NCBI GenBank assembly: GCA_964593825.1
Contig: CAZQII010000004.1
Location: 1 to 45,455, forward strand
Direction: 5' to 3'
DNA from: an uncultured Ruminococcus sp.
Lineage (GTDB): Bacteria; Bacillota; Clostridia; Oscillospirales; CAG-272
DNA length: 45,455 nucleotides
A program made the position numbers and the translations under genes. A model generated the notes under the pieces. The model searched no databases, had not been told where the DNA came from, and saw nothing but the letters and a program-made list of their open reading frames with translations. Shown in pieces: positions 26,395-36,142 of the stretch; position 1 is the stretch's first letter; each line of letters opens with the position of its first letter.

Positions 26395-26559
26395 TCAGTC
26401 GAGCATTGTAAAATCAGGGAACGAATATTTTATTCTTGAACCGATATCGGTGCCCTGCGGCAGCAGCGCGAGCGCGATAAAAAGTGTCTCCCCGTTCTCG
26501 TCGGTCAAATATGCGTATTCTCCGTCAATACCCGTCACGGTATATATTTTATCTTCCAT
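26395..26559 (-). CDS. Small hypothetical protein (54 aa)
   Basis: Not in the ORF track: MEDKIYTVTGIDGEYAYLTDENGETLFIALALLPQGTDIGSRIKYSFPDFTMLD. RBS GAGGTGA. Starts 5 nt after the araC stop. Confidence 0.75.
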   Translation of the reverse strand: MEDKIYTVTGIDGEYAYLTDENGETLFIALALLPQGTDIGSRIKYSFPDFTMLD

Positions 26560-26564
26560 TTTGC

Positions 26565-27410
26565 TCACCTCTTAATTCCTTCACTCCTCGGAGTAAATCT
26601 TTTTCTTATAGATGTTCTGTCACCCGCCTCGCGGATCTCGCTCTGCTTTTTGAATTGAAGGGGAGAGCAGCCGAGCTTGCTCTTGAACACGAGCCCCATG
26701 TAATTGGCGCTCGAAAATCCGGAATCGCGTGCGATCGCCTCGACGCTCATGTCCGTCCCGGTGAGCAACTCCTTCGCGCGGTTGATTTTGGTCTTAATTA
26801 TATAATCGTTGACGGAGCAGTGCATCACGGCTTTGAATTTCGCACAGAGCGCGGTTTTTGAAAGAAAAAATTCATGCGCCAGATCCGAGAGCGACACGCC
26901 GCTTTTGTAATGCGAATTTATGTAATCTATAATGGAGAAGACGAGCGCGTTCCCGCTGTCCGAGTCGCTCGCCGCACTTACGGGCAGATCCTCGAGCATG
27001 AGGATGATATAAGAAACGGCGCAACGCAATTTTTCGTCGCTGTACGGATGCGGCTCGCTCTTTATTTTCATCGCGAGGTCGAGCAGTCTTTTGATATCGG
27101 CGAATCCTTCGTCGCCGATGCTTATCGGTCCGCCGACAAGACCGTTCAGCGTGATCCGCTCGTAATCCGAAAGATTATCCGCGGAAATGCAAAGGTTGAT
27201 CCGCTCGAAGGCCTCGCCCTCGGTCTTGTGCATCGTATAGGGGGGGATAACTATGATCCCCGGAGCCTTCAGATTGTATATTTTATCCTTCAAAAATATC
27301 TGACGCGAGCCACTGACGAGAAAATATATTTCGTAATATGCATGGCTGTGCAAAAAAGTCATGTTCCATTTCACATCGCTTTTGGACGAATCTATCTCAA
27401 GGTAATTCAT
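26565..27410 (-). CDS. AraC-family regulator, divergent from uxaBA
   Basis: HSHAYYEIYF cupin and HTH SGFSSANYMGLVFKSKLGCSPLQF. Confidence 0.92.
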   Translation of the reverse strand: MNYLEIDSSKSDVKWNMTFLHSHAYYEIYFLVSGSRQIFLKDKIYNLKAPGIIVIPPYTMHKTEGEAFERINLCISADNLSDYERITLNGLVGGPISIGDEGFADIKRLLDLAMKIKSEPHPYSDEKLRCAVSYIILMLEDLPVSAASDSDSGNALVFSIIDYINSHYKSGVSLSDLAHEFFLSKTALCAKFKAVMHCSVNDYIIKTKINRAKELLTGTDMSVEAIARDSGFSSANYMGLVFKSKLGCSPLQFKKQSEIREAGDRTSIRKRFTPRSEGIKR

Positions 27411-27586
27411 TTGCCGAGTCCTCCGTATACAGTATTATAGCTTATCGGACGGTCAAAAGTCAATAGAAACTTTACGATTTATGGATTTTTCGCAAAAATC
27501 GGGACGATTTTCGCTTGTTTTGCAATACAAATAAATGTATAATATAATAAAATAATTTGCAGAAATATAAAACGGAGAAATATAAA

Positions 27587-28951
27587 ATGGTTAAAATAAT
27601 GCAATTCGGAGAGGGAAATTTCCTTCGCGCCTTTGTCGATTATTATTTTGAATCTCTGAACAGGGAGGGGGCGGATTATTCCGTTTCGATAGTAAAGCCG
27701 ATCGCCATGGGCGACATATCGAGGTTTTGCGCGGCGAACAATGAGTGGAACGTGGTGCTCCGCGGCTTCGAGGGTGTGACAAAAACGAGGATCTCCTGCG
27801 TCAGCGAGGTGATCGATCCCTTTGCGGACGGTCGCGCCTTTTTTGCGCTTGCCGACGATAAGGAGCTTAAGATCGTCGTGTCCAACACGACCGAGGCGGG
27901 CATATGCTTCGATCCGAGCGACCGCCCCGAGAATTTCCCGAATATTTCATACCCCGCAAAGCTGACATGCTTCCTCCTTGAGAGATACAAGGCGCTCGGC
28001 GATGAGGGCGGACTTTATATCTTGCCCGTCGAGCTTATTGACAAAAATGCGGACAATCTTGCCGCCTGCGTCGAGAGATATGCCGAGCTGTGGGGCCTTT
28101 CCGACGGCTTTAAGGCGTGGAACAGAGAGCAAAATTACTATTGCAATACGCTTGTCGACCGCATCGTTTCCGGCTATCCGAAGACGCCCGAGGATATAAG
28201 GGCAACGGATGATCTCATCGGCTATCATGACGGTCTCGTTACGATAGGTGAGCATTTCGGGCTTTGGGCGATCGAAAGGAAGGGCTGCATAGAAAATTAC
28301 ATAAGGTCGGGGCATCACGGCATAGACGTTGTCCTCGACGGTAGCATAGATTATTATAAAAAGCGCAAGGTCCGTGTTTTGAACGGCTCGCACACAAATC
28401 TTGTGGCCTACGGATTGCTCAGCGGAAAGCAAACGGTGTACGACTGCATGAATGACGCGGAGCTCGCGGGCTTTGTGGATGAAACGCTGAAAAACGAGAT
28501 AGATCCGTTCGTCTCCGACAATATTGACGAGACAGAGGCCTTTGCGCAAGAGGTGGTGACCAGGTTCAAAAACCCGTATCTTAATCACAGGCTCATATCG
28601 ATATCGCTGAACAGCATATCAAAATGGACGGCGCGTTGCCTCCCATCGTTCGACGATTATTATAAGACGAGCGGCACCGTGCCCGCAAATCTCACGCTCG
28701 GATTTTCCTATCTTATCGCGCTTTACAAGAGCGTATACAAGACGGAGGATGGCTACTTCGTCGATCTTCCGTACGGTACGGAGCGCTTTATCGATTCGCC
28801 CGAGTATCTCGATCGCTTTATCGGCGGAGCGACTGTGCATGAGCTTATGGGTGACAGCGGAGTTTTCGGTGCCGATCTGACAAAATATAACGGCTTTTAC
28901 GAGGCTGTTTTAAAGAATCTTGAATCGATCACAGGCTATAAGGGTGCGTGA
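27587..28951 (+). CDS. uxaB: Tagaturonate reductase (altronate oxidoreductase)
   Basis: QFGEGNFLRAF, SNTTEAGI, PVELI, LVDRIV, KVRVLNGSHT and RFKNPYL.H. ATG 27587 after GGAG. Confidence 0.93.
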   Translation: MVKIMQFGEGNFLRAFVDYYFESLNREGADYSVSIVKPIAMGDISRFCAANNEWNVVLRGFEGVTKTRISCVSEVIDPFADGRAFFALADDKELKIVVSNTTEAGICFDPSDRPENFPNISYPAKLTCFLLERYKALGDEGGLYILPVELIDKNADNLAACVERYAELWGLSDGFKAWNREQNYYCNTLVDRIVSGYPKTPEDIRATDDLIGYHDGLVTIGEHFGLWAIERKGCIENYIRSGHHGIDVVLDGSIDYYKKRKVRVLNGSHTNLVAYGLLSGKQTVYDCMNDAELAGFVDETLKNEIDPFVSDNIDETEAFAQEVVTRFKNPYLNHRLISISLNSISKWTARCLPSFDDYYKTSGTVPANLTLGFSYLIALYKSVYKTEDGYFVDLPYGTERFIDSPEYLDRFIGGATVHELMGDSGVFGADLTKYNGFYEAVLKNLESITGYKGA

Positions 28952-28952
28952 A

Positions 28953-30356
28953 ATGAAGAAAATTGTGCTTGACGAGCGTGACAGCGTTGCCGTCGTACTT
29001 GAATCGGACGGGGGCGTTCCCGCAGGTCATAAGATCGCAAGACGCGCGATAAGGTCCGGTGAACACGTTTATAAATACGGCGAGATCATAGGTGTCGCGA
29101 AATGTGATATAAATGAGGGCGAGTGGGTCCACACTCACAATTTGCGCTCCGCCCTTGACGAGCGCCGCGAGTATACGTACGATCGCAGAGAATACGAATT
29201 ACCTAAGGACAGCGGGCGCACGTTTCTCGGCTATGTCAGAGAGGACGGCCGAGTCGGAATAAGAAATGATGTTTACATAATTCCGACCGTCGGATGCGTC
29301 AACGGTGTGTGCAAAAGCATCGAGGCGGCGGCAAGGGCAGGTAAGCCCGAGTGCATCGATCATGTCGTTGCACTGACGCATCAGTTCGGGTGCAGTCAGC
29401 TCGGCGACGACGGAGAAAATATAAAACGGCTTTTGGTGTCCGCCGCCTTGAATCCGAACGCCGCCTTCGTTCTGATTGTCGGCCTCGGATGCGAAAACAA
29501 TACTCTGGACGGTGTGCGCGATGCCATCGGCGCCGCGGGCGGTGACCGTGTTGCTTATATGAAGGCGCAGGACCTTGAGGACGAGGTCGCCGAGGGCGTA
29601 AAAATTATCGAGTCATTCTATAAAACGGCGAAAAAATTAACACGGGTACCCACTTCGGTATCGAAGCTGTGCTTCGGTCTTAAGTGCGGGGGCTCCGACG
29701 GATTCTCAGGCATTACGGCCAATCCCACGGTCGGCGCCGTAAGTGATATGCTCATTGCGAGCGGAGGCTCGACGGTTCTTACCGAGGTGCCCGAGATGTT
29801 CGGCGCCGAGCAGATACTCATGAACCGGTGCTGCGACAGGGGTGTGTTCGACGCTTATAAAAAGATGATAGAGGACTTTAAAGACTATTATCGCACGCAG
29901 GGCTTCCCGATATATGAAAATCCGAGCCCCGGAAATAAAGAGGGCGGAATTACGACCCTTGAGGAAAAGTCGCTCGGCTGTATTAAGAAGGGCGGAAACG
30001 CTCCCGTCTGTGATGTGATAGATTATGCGGAGCGCGTAAAGGTGCAGGGGCTCACCGCCCTTTGCGCACCGGGCAACGACCTCATTGCGGCGAGCGCCCT
30101 TGCCGCCGCGGGATGTCAGCTCGTGCTTTTCACGACGGGACGCGGAACGCCGTTTTCCACCTTTGTTCCGACAGTCAAGATCTCGACCAATCGCCCTCTC
30201 GCAGACAAAAAAGCGGGCTGGATAGATTTCGATGCATCGGACTGCGATGCAAACGCTCTTTTCGATTTCTGCATCGACGTATGCTCCGGCAAGGTCAAAT
30301 GCAGATCCGAGGATAGGTACGAGATCGCATTTTTCAAGCGGGGAGTTACCCTTTGA
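28953..30356 (+). CDS. uxaA: Altronate dehydratase
   Basis: SAF domain (GHKIA, KYGE.IG, HTHN), PTVGCVN, GCSQLG, GLGCENN, KCGGSDG, NPSPGNK.GG and FTTGRGTP. Confidence 0.95.
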   Translation: MKKIVLDERDSVAVVLESDGGVPAGHKIARRAIRSGEHVYKYGEIIGVAKCDINEGEWVHTHNLRSALDERREYTYDRREYELPKDSGRTFLGYVREDGRVGIRNDVYIIPTVGCVNGVCKSIEAAARAGKPECIDHVVALTHQFGCSQLGDDGENIKRLLVSAALNPNAAFVLIVGLGCENNTLDGVRDAIGAAGGDRVAYMKAQDLEDEVAEGVKIIESFYKTAKKLTRVPTSVSKLCFGLKCGGSDGFSGITANPTVGAVSDMLIASGGSTVLTEVPEMFGAEQILMNRCCDRGVFDAYKKMIEDFKDYYRTQGFPIYENPSPGNKEGGITTLEEKSLGCIKKGGNAPVCDVIDYAERVKVQGLTALCAPGNDLIAASALAAAGCQLVLFTTGRGTPFSTFVPTVKISTNRPLADKKAGWIDFDASDCDANALFDFCIDVCSGKVKCRSEDRYEIAFFKRGVTL

Positions 30357-30424
30357 TTTTTTTGTGTGGCATGCTTTTTGTATTGCCCCGTAAAAAAGAT
30401 CGCATTCAATCAATGTTAAGTCGC

Positions 30425-30457
30425 AATCACCTACGGTCATACCCGTAGGTGATTTTT
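30425..30457 (+). terminator. Intrinsic terminator of uxaBA
   Basis: AATCACCTACGG-6 nt-CCGTAGGTGATT followed by TTT. Confidence 0.85.
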
Positions 30458-30480
30458 GTAATTTGTGAATTTTAGATTAT

Positions 30481-30529
30481 AAAAGGGGACTGAGCCTCGT
30501 GCTTGGTAAAAAGCCGTAGGCTAAGTCCC
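30481..30529 (-). terminator. Probable terminator of the hydrogenase operon
   Basis: GGGACT.AGCCT...AGGCT.AGTCCC with an A-run on the left (U-tract on the minus strand). Confidence 0.6.
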
Positions 30530-30570
30530 ACTATCGGAGCAGTATTATTTTTTAAATGTCCGAATGAATA

Positions 30571-32322
30571 TCAGAAGTTGAATTTCTTCCTTGCCGTATA
30601 TGTGGTGTGGAGCGCGTGATGAGCCGCATGGCATCCGTAAGATCCCTTGAAGTAATTGTCGTAGACCTCCTTGATCACGGGGTTGTTGTGCGATTTGCGC
30701 ATCTCCATCGCCTTATCCTGGTCGTAAAGAGCCTTTGCTCTCACCGCCTTAAGGTCAACGGTGTCGCGCACGCTCTGCGGCTGGATGGGCTGACCTCCGC
30801 CGTTTACGCATCCGCCGGGGCATCCCATGATTTCGACAAATGTCCAATCCGCTTTTCCGCTTGCGATCTTGTCCATGACGAGCTTTGCATTTGCCGCACC
30901 CGAAGCAACGGCAACCTTTATCTCTTTGCCGGCGATCTTGTATGTCGCTTCCTTGAGACCCTCGGTGCCTCTGACCTCGTTGAATTCTATCTCCTTATTG
31001 TCCTTGCCGGTCAAAACGTCGTTCGCCGTTCTGAGCGCGGCCTCCATGACTCCGCCGGTCGCACCGAATATGACAGCAGCGCCCGTGTCAACGCCGAGCG
31101 GGCAGTCGAATTCCTCGTCGGGGAGGGAGGTGAACTTGATTCCTGCTCTTGCGATCATTCTCGCAAGCTCACGCGTGGTGAGTGCAACGTCAACATCGAC
31201 GATGCCGTCGCCCGCGGCGGACATGTCATCTCTTCCGACTTCGAATTTCTTGGCGGTGCAGGGCATGACGGAAACAACGAATATATCCTTGGGATCGTAT
31301 CCCATTTTGTCTGCCCAATATGTCTTGATCAGCGCGCCGCCCATCTGCTGGGGAGATTTGCACGAAGAGAGGTGACCGATAAGATCGGGGTAGTAGAACT
31401 CGCAGAACTTGACCCATCCGGGCGAGCACGATGTGATCATGGGGAGTGTGCCGCCGTTATTGATGCGACCGAGCAGCTCCGTTGCCTCCTCCACGATCGT
31501 GAAATCGGCCGCGGTGTTTGTGTCAAACACCTTTTCAAATCCGAGACGGCGAAGTGCGGCAACCATCTTGCCCTCCACATTTGTTCCGATGGGCATATCA
31601 AAGCACTCGCCGAGCGTCGCTCTTATCGAGGGAGCGGTCTGAACGATCACGTGCTTTGAGCTGTCTGCAAGGGCATCCCAGACCTTATCCGTGTCATCAC
31701 GCTCGACCAATGCACCTGTGGGGCATACTGCCGTACACTGTCCGCATGAAATACACGGCGTGTCGTTAAGAGAGAGGGTGAACGGCTGAGAAATGCATGT
31801 GTCGATGCCGCGGTTGTTCGCTCCGATGACGGAGACATACTGCTCCTTGCATACCGCAACGCACCTGCGGCAAAGAATACACTTGTTGTTGTCTCTTACG
31901 AGATGCGGGGTCGAGTAGTCGAGCTCGTATACGGGTCTGAAGCCCTCGTATGCCTTGGAGTCGACGCCGTACTCGAGGCAGAGCTTCTGAAGCTCGCAGT
32001 TTGTCGAGCGCTGGCAGGAGAGGCAGTTCTTGTCGTGGGTCGAGAGGATGAGCTCAAGCGTTGTCTTCCTTGCGGCTCTGACCTTCGGCGTGTTTGTTTT
32101 TATCTCCATGCCCTCCGTCACGGGGTATACGCATGCGGTAACGAGTCCGCGTGCGCCCGTCGCCTCGACGACGCAGATACGGCAGGCACCTATTTCGTTC
32201 TTTTCTTTCATATAGCAGAGCGTCGGGATCTCGACACCTGCCGCGCGCGCAGCATCCAAAATAGTTGCGCCCTTGGGTACGCTTACTGCAATACCGTTAA
32301 CCTTAACATTTAACATTTCCAT
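30571..32322 (-). CDS. hydA: [FeFe]-hydrogenase catalytic subunit, group A (HydA/HndD-like)
   Basis: H-cluster motifs TSCSPGW, MPCTAKKFE and EIMGCPGGCVNGGGQP. N-terminal 2Fe-2S, His-ligated 4Fe-4S and 2x4Fe-4S motifs. Confidence 0.97.
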   Translation of the reverse strand: MEMLNVKVNGIAVSVPKGATILDAARAAGVEIPTLCYMKEKNEIGACRICVVEATGARGLVTACVYPVTEGMEIKTNTPKVRAARKTTLELILSTHDKNCLSCQRSTNCELQKLCLEYGVDSKAYEGFRPVYELDYSTPHLVRDNNKCILCRRCVAVCKEQYVSVIGANNRGIDTCISQPFTLSLNDTPCISCGQCTAVCPTGALVERDDTDKVWDALADSSKHVIVQTAPSIRATLGECFDMPIGTNVEGKMVAALRRLGFEKVFDTNTAADFTIVEEATELLGRINNGGTLPMITSCSPGWVKFCEFYYPDLIGHLSSCKSPQQMGGALIKTYWADKMGYDPKDIFVVSVMPCTAKKFEVGRDDMSAAGDGIVDVDVALTTRELARMIARAGIKFTSLPDEEFDCPLGVDTGAAVIFGATGGVMEAALRTANDVLTGKDNKEIEFNEVRGTEGLKEATYKIAGKEIKVAVASGAANAKLVMDKIASGKADWTFVEIMGCPGGCVNGGGQPIQPQSVRDTVDLKAVRAKALYDQDKAMEMRKSHNNPVIKEVYDNYFKGSYGCHAAHHALHTTYTARKKFNF

Positions 32323-32343
32323 AATTTTAGCGTACTCCTTTCA

Positions 32344-34155
32344 TTATTTCTTTGAAATCGCACCGAATTTGCAGCCCGCAACGCATGCGCCGCACTTGAT
32401 GCACTTCGATGTGTCGATCGAGAAGGATGCGAGCTTGTGCCCCGGAGCGATGTAATCGGTCCTTGTGATCGCGTCGGCGGGGCAGTTCTTTGCGCACTTG
32501 CCGCAGCCGATACACTTGTCCTTATCGATTGCAAATGAAAGAAGGCTCTTACATACGCCCGCGGGACACTTCTTGTCTACAACGTGCGCAATGTATTCGT
32601 CGCGGAAGAACTTGAGCGTCGCGAGCACGGGGTTCGGCGCGGTCTGTCCGAGTCCGCAGAGCGAATTCTGCTTTATGTAATTTGAGAGCTCTTCGATCTT
32701 GTCGATATCCTCGAGAGTGCCCTTGCCGTCCGTGATCTTGTTGAGGAGCTCGAGCAGGCGCTTTGTTCCGACGCGGCAGGGTGTGCACTTGCCGCACGAC
32801 TCGTCGACCGTAAATTCAAGGAAGAATTTGGCCATATCGACCATGCAGTTGTCCTCGTCCATGACGATGAGACCGCCGGAGCCCATCATACAGCCGAGGG
32901 CGATGAGATTGTCGTAATCGACCTCTGTATTTATCAGACTCGCGGGGATGCATCCGCCGGAGGGACCGCCGGTCTGCGCCGCCTTGAATTTCTTGCCGCC
33001 GGGGATACCGCCGCCGATCTCGTTGATTATCTTGTCGAGCGTGATTCCCATGGGGATCTCGACAAGGCCGGTGTGATTTATCTTTCCGCCAAGGGCGAAT
33101 ACCTTTGTTCCCTTGGATCTTTCCGTTCCCATGGATGCAAACCACTCCGCACCCTTGAGTATAATCTGGGGAATGTTCGCAAATGTTTCGACGTTGTTTT
33201 CAACCGTCGGACAGCCGTAAAGTCCTTTAACGGCGGGGTAGGGGGGACGCGGCTTCGGTTCTCCACGGTTTCCTTCGATGGAGGTCATCAGTGCGGTCTC
33301 CTCGCCGCAGACGAATGCACCGGCACCGAGTCTTATTTCAAGGTCGAACGAGAAGCCCGTTCCGAATATATTCTCACCGAGCAGGCCGTATTCTCTTGCC
33401 TGATTTATGGCGATCTGAAGACGTGTGACTGCGATGGGGTACTCGGCGCGTACGTAAACGAAGCCCTTGGATGCGCCTACCGCATATCCGCAGATTGTCA
33501 TTGCCTCGACGATACAGTGCGGATCGCCCTCAAGCACGGAACGGTCCATGAATGCTCCGGGGTCTCCCTCATCGGCGTTGCAAACGACGTATTTCTGCGG
33601 ACCGTCGGCGCAGAGCGACCACTTACGTCCGGTCGGAAATCCTCCGCCGCCTCTGCCGCGAAGACCGGAATCGGTCACGACCTGGATGACATCCTTAGGC
33701 GTCATTTCGGTGAGGACCTTGCCGAGTGCGGCGTAACCGTCCATAGCTATGTATTCATCGATGCTCTCGGGATTGATGAAGCCGCAATTCCTGAGCACAA
33801 CGCGCTTTTGCGCCTTGTAGAAATTGGTGTCGTTGAGCGAGACGTTGCCCGATACGGGCTTCTCGCCGCTGATGTCGTTGTAGACAAGGCGGTCGACCAC
33901 ACGACCCTTTAAGAGATGCTCGGAAACGATCTCTTTTACATCATCGGTAGTAACGCGGCTGTAGAACGTTCCGTCCGGATGGACGATAACGACGGGACCG
34001 AGTGCGCAAAGACCGAAGCAACCGGTCTGAACGACCTTCACCTCGTCGGCAAGGCCGAATTCGGCGATATTTGCCGTGAAGGCCTCCTGGATTTTGCTGC
34101 TGCCAGAGGAGGTACAACCGGTACCGCCGCAGATAAGAACATGTGCGCGAATCAT
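32344..34155 (-). CDS. hydB: NADH/FMN-binding NuoF-like hydrogenase subunit (HydB/HndC-like)
   Basis: GLRGRGGGGFPTG, CNADEGDPGAFMDR, GAFVCGEETAL, ESCGKCTPCR and a C-terminal 2x[4Fe-4S] domain. Confidence 0.95.
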   Translation of the reverse strand: MIRAHVLICGGTGCTSSGSSKIQEAFTANIAEFGLADEVKVVQTGCFGLCALGPVVIVHPDGTFYSRVTTDDVKEIVSEHLLKGRVVDRLVYNDISGEKPVSGNVSLNDTNFYKAQKRVVLRNCGFINPESIDEYIAMDGYAALGKVLTEMTPKDVIQVVTDSGLRGRGGGGFPTGRKWSLCADGPQKYVVCNADEGDPGAFMDRSVLEGDPHCIVEAMTICGYAVGASKGFVYVRAEYPIAVTRLQIAINQAREYGLLGENIFGTGFSFDLEIRLGAGAFVCGEETALMTSIEGNRGEPKPRPPYPAVKGLYGCPTVENNVETFANIPQIILKGAEWFASMGTERSKGTKVFALGGKINHTGLVEIPMGITLDKIINEIGGGIPGGKKFKAAQTGGPSGGCIPASLINTEVDYDNLIALGCMMGSGGLIVMDEDNCMVDMAKFFLEFTVDESCGKCTPCRVGTKRLLELLNKITDGKGTLEDIDKIEELSNYIKQNSLCGLGQTAPNPVLATLKFFRDEYIAHVVDKKCPAGVCKSLLSFAIDKDKCIGCGKCAKNCPADAITRTDYIAPGHKLASFSIDTSKCIKCGACVAGCKFGAISKK

Positions 34156-34169
34156 AATTTTACCTCCAC

Positions 34170-34544
34170 TTATTTAGTTTCCTCGTTTGAGATTGTGTAT
34201 TCCGTAACCGGCTTGCCGCCCTTAAGATGCTCGTCGACAACGCGCGCAACCTTTTCCACGGTCATGTTTACGTATGTGACCTTGTCTTTTCCCGTCTCGT
34301 ATACCTCAACGATCGGCTCGTACTGACATAATCCGACGCATCCCGTTTGAGTCACCGTGACGTTTGCGACCAGATCCTTTTCGTTCACCTGCTCGACAAA
34401 AGCGTTGAGGACGGGTCTTGCGCCCGCCGCGATGCCGCATGTAGCCATTCCGACAACGACGCGCTTGTCCGCCGTGCCCTTGCGCAGGACTATCTTGCTT
34501 TGCATTCGGTCCCGAATCGCTTTAAGCTCTGCTAACGATTTCAT
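34170..34544 (-). CDS. Thioredoxin-like [2Fe-2S] ferredoxin subunit (HydD/HndB-like)
   Basis: GMATCGIAAGA and TGCVGLCQYEP. Confidence 0.9.
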   Translation of the reverse strand: MKSLAELKAIRDRMQSKIVLRKGTADKRVVVGMATCGIAAGARPVLNAFVEQVNEKDLVANVTVTQTGCVGLCQYEPIVEVYETGKDKVTYVNMTVEKVARVVDEHLKGGKPVTEYTISNEETK

Positions 34545-34571
34545 TTTTGTTCCTCCGGGTATTTTTAAAAT

Positions 34572-35126
34572 TTATTGATTTTTTAAGTATTGCTCCCCGA
34601 GTGCGTCCTTTATCCATTTGAGCACATCGGGGGCTCCGAGCGGAATCTCGCCGAGAACCGCACGTATTTCTCTTGTATCGATATATACCGTATTTCCGTT
34701 TTTTAATTTGTGCCCGAATACCGTGTCGGAGTCCGGATGCCCCTGGATCAGCGTGACCGCTGTGGCAACGGTATCTCCGAGGGGAGGGCAGTCGATGTGA
34801 TCGGTGTAAAACACCGCGGTGACCTCAGTGCCGTGAGTGCTCGGGAACCCGTCGATATGCCGCGAACTTATTCTAAAGCTCCCGCCGGTTTGCTCCGCCG
34901 CCGATCTCAAAAGCGGCAGACCGAGTCCGACCGCACGCGTTTTCCTCGTTGTGTAAAAAGGATCCGCGGCGCGAAGCAGCGCGTCCTCCTTCATGCCTCT
35001 TCCGTTATCCTTAACTGTGAGGGTCAGACGCTCCGCCTCCTCCGTGATTGCGATCTCGGTGAGAGTCGCGCCGGCCTCGTATGAATTTTCCGCAATGTCG
35101 AGCACGCTTAACGAAAGATCATGCAT
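34572..35126 (-). CDS. Stand-alone HATPase_c (GHKL) kinase-like protein
   Basis: LDIAENS (N box), DNGRGM, DPFYTT, GLGL and HIDCPPLG. No HisKA or sensor domain. Confidence 0.85.
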   Translation of the reverse strand: MHDLSLSVLDIAENSYEAGATLTEIAITEEAERLTLTVKDNGRGMKEDALLRAADPFYTTRKTRAVGLGLPLLRSAAEQTGGSFRISSRHIDGFPSTHGTEVTAVFYTDHIDCPPLGDTVATAVTLIQGHPDSDTVFGHKLKNGNTVYIDTREIRAVLGEIPLGAPDVLKWIKDALGEQYLKNQ

Positions 35127-35231
35127 TTCGGTTTGCCTCCGATAAGATTGATATGCATCCGCACCGATATATCTCCGAACGCCGAGTGTCGTCGGGCTCG
35201 GAAAAATGTAATGATTCGTAAGAATACCGCC

Positions 35232-35561
35232 TCAGCACATTAGCTTGCTTAGCGCGAGCGCGGTATCATAAGCACCGAGGTCGGAGAGAAGAATGTTGAT
35301 CCCCTTTTCGCTGGCCGTCCTTCGCACACCGTCATCGGGTCTTACGCCCTCTGCAAGTATTATGCACGAGGTGTCCGCGAGAGTCGCGACGGCCAAAGCG
35401 TTAATGCTTGACATGATGGTGATCCAGGCGTTGCCGCTCTTAGCATGACCCATGACCCGACTTAAAAGGTCGCCGATGTAAACGCCGGAGATCTCTTTTT
35501 CTGGGGCGGGCATCGCGGCGGCGTCAAGTCCGAGAAGCTCCTTTAATTCAAGCACCGTCAT
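35232..35561 (-). CDS. DRTGG-domain protein
   Basis: GVYIGDLLS.VM, WITIM, AVA.L and CIILAEG. Confidence 0.8.
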   Translation of the reverse strand: MTVLELKELLGLDAAAMPAPEKEISGVYIGDLLSRVMGHAKSGNAWITIMSSINALAVATLADTSCIILAEGVRPDDGVRRTASEKGINILLSDLGAYDTALALSKLMC

Positions 35562-35582
35562 TTTCTTTATTATTTTTATAGC

Positions 35583-36080
35583 TTAAGCGCCGTATTTTGC
35601 CAAAATATTAGGAACGTCGTCCGGTGTCAGACGGCCGTATACGTCCTCGTTTACGGTAAGCACGGGAGCAAGTCCGCATGCACCGATGCAGCGCGAGGCG
35701 GTAAGCGAATATTTTCTGTCTGCCGTGCATTCGTCGCCGTTTATGCCGAGCACCTCTTGGAGCTTCTCGTAAATGTGTCCCGAGCCTTTAACATAGCATG
35801 CCGTTCCGAGACATACCGCGATGTGGTACTCGCCCTTCGGCGAAAGAGAGAACTGTGCGTAAAATGTGGAAACACCGTAGACCTTTTCAAGCGGAACGTC
35901 CATACCCTCTGCGATGATGTTCTGGACCTCGATGGGCAGATATCCGTAGATGTTTTGCGCTTCTTGCATAACAGCCATAAGGCGGCTCTTGTCGTGCTTG
36001 TTCGCGTCGATAACGGCCTTAAGCTCTGCTTCCTGTTTTTTTGTTCCGCTGAAGGGAACGGTGGAAAGCTTTTTCAGCAT
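35583..36080 (-). CDS. hydC: NuoE-like [2Fe-2S] hydrogenase subunit (HydC/HndA-like)
   Basis: YGYLP, VSTFYAQF, CLGTAC and RCIGACGLAP. ATG 36080 with RBS AAGGAG. Confidence 0.93.
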   Translation of the reverse strand: MLKKLSTVPFSGTKKQEAELKAVIDANKHDKSRLMAVMQEAQNIYGYLPIEVQNIIAEGMDVPLEKVYGVSTFYAQFSLSPKGEYHIAVCLGTACYVKGSGHIYEKLQEVLGINGDECTADRKYSLTASRCIGACGLAPVLTVNEDVYGRLTPDDVPNILAKYGA

Positions 36081-36142
36081 TTTTGTATCCTCCTTGTTTT
36101 TGCACTGCACAGGCGCGTACGCGTGCACATTACATTAAGAAT

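Noticed and set aside
30607-33912. Long plus-strand ORFs (350 aa and 279 aa) opposite hydA and hydB, and similar antisense ORFs elsewhere (e.g. 7..390, 15666..16586, 44686..45363)
   Set aside because: These are shadow frames of well-supported genes, with no RBS or recognisable motifs.
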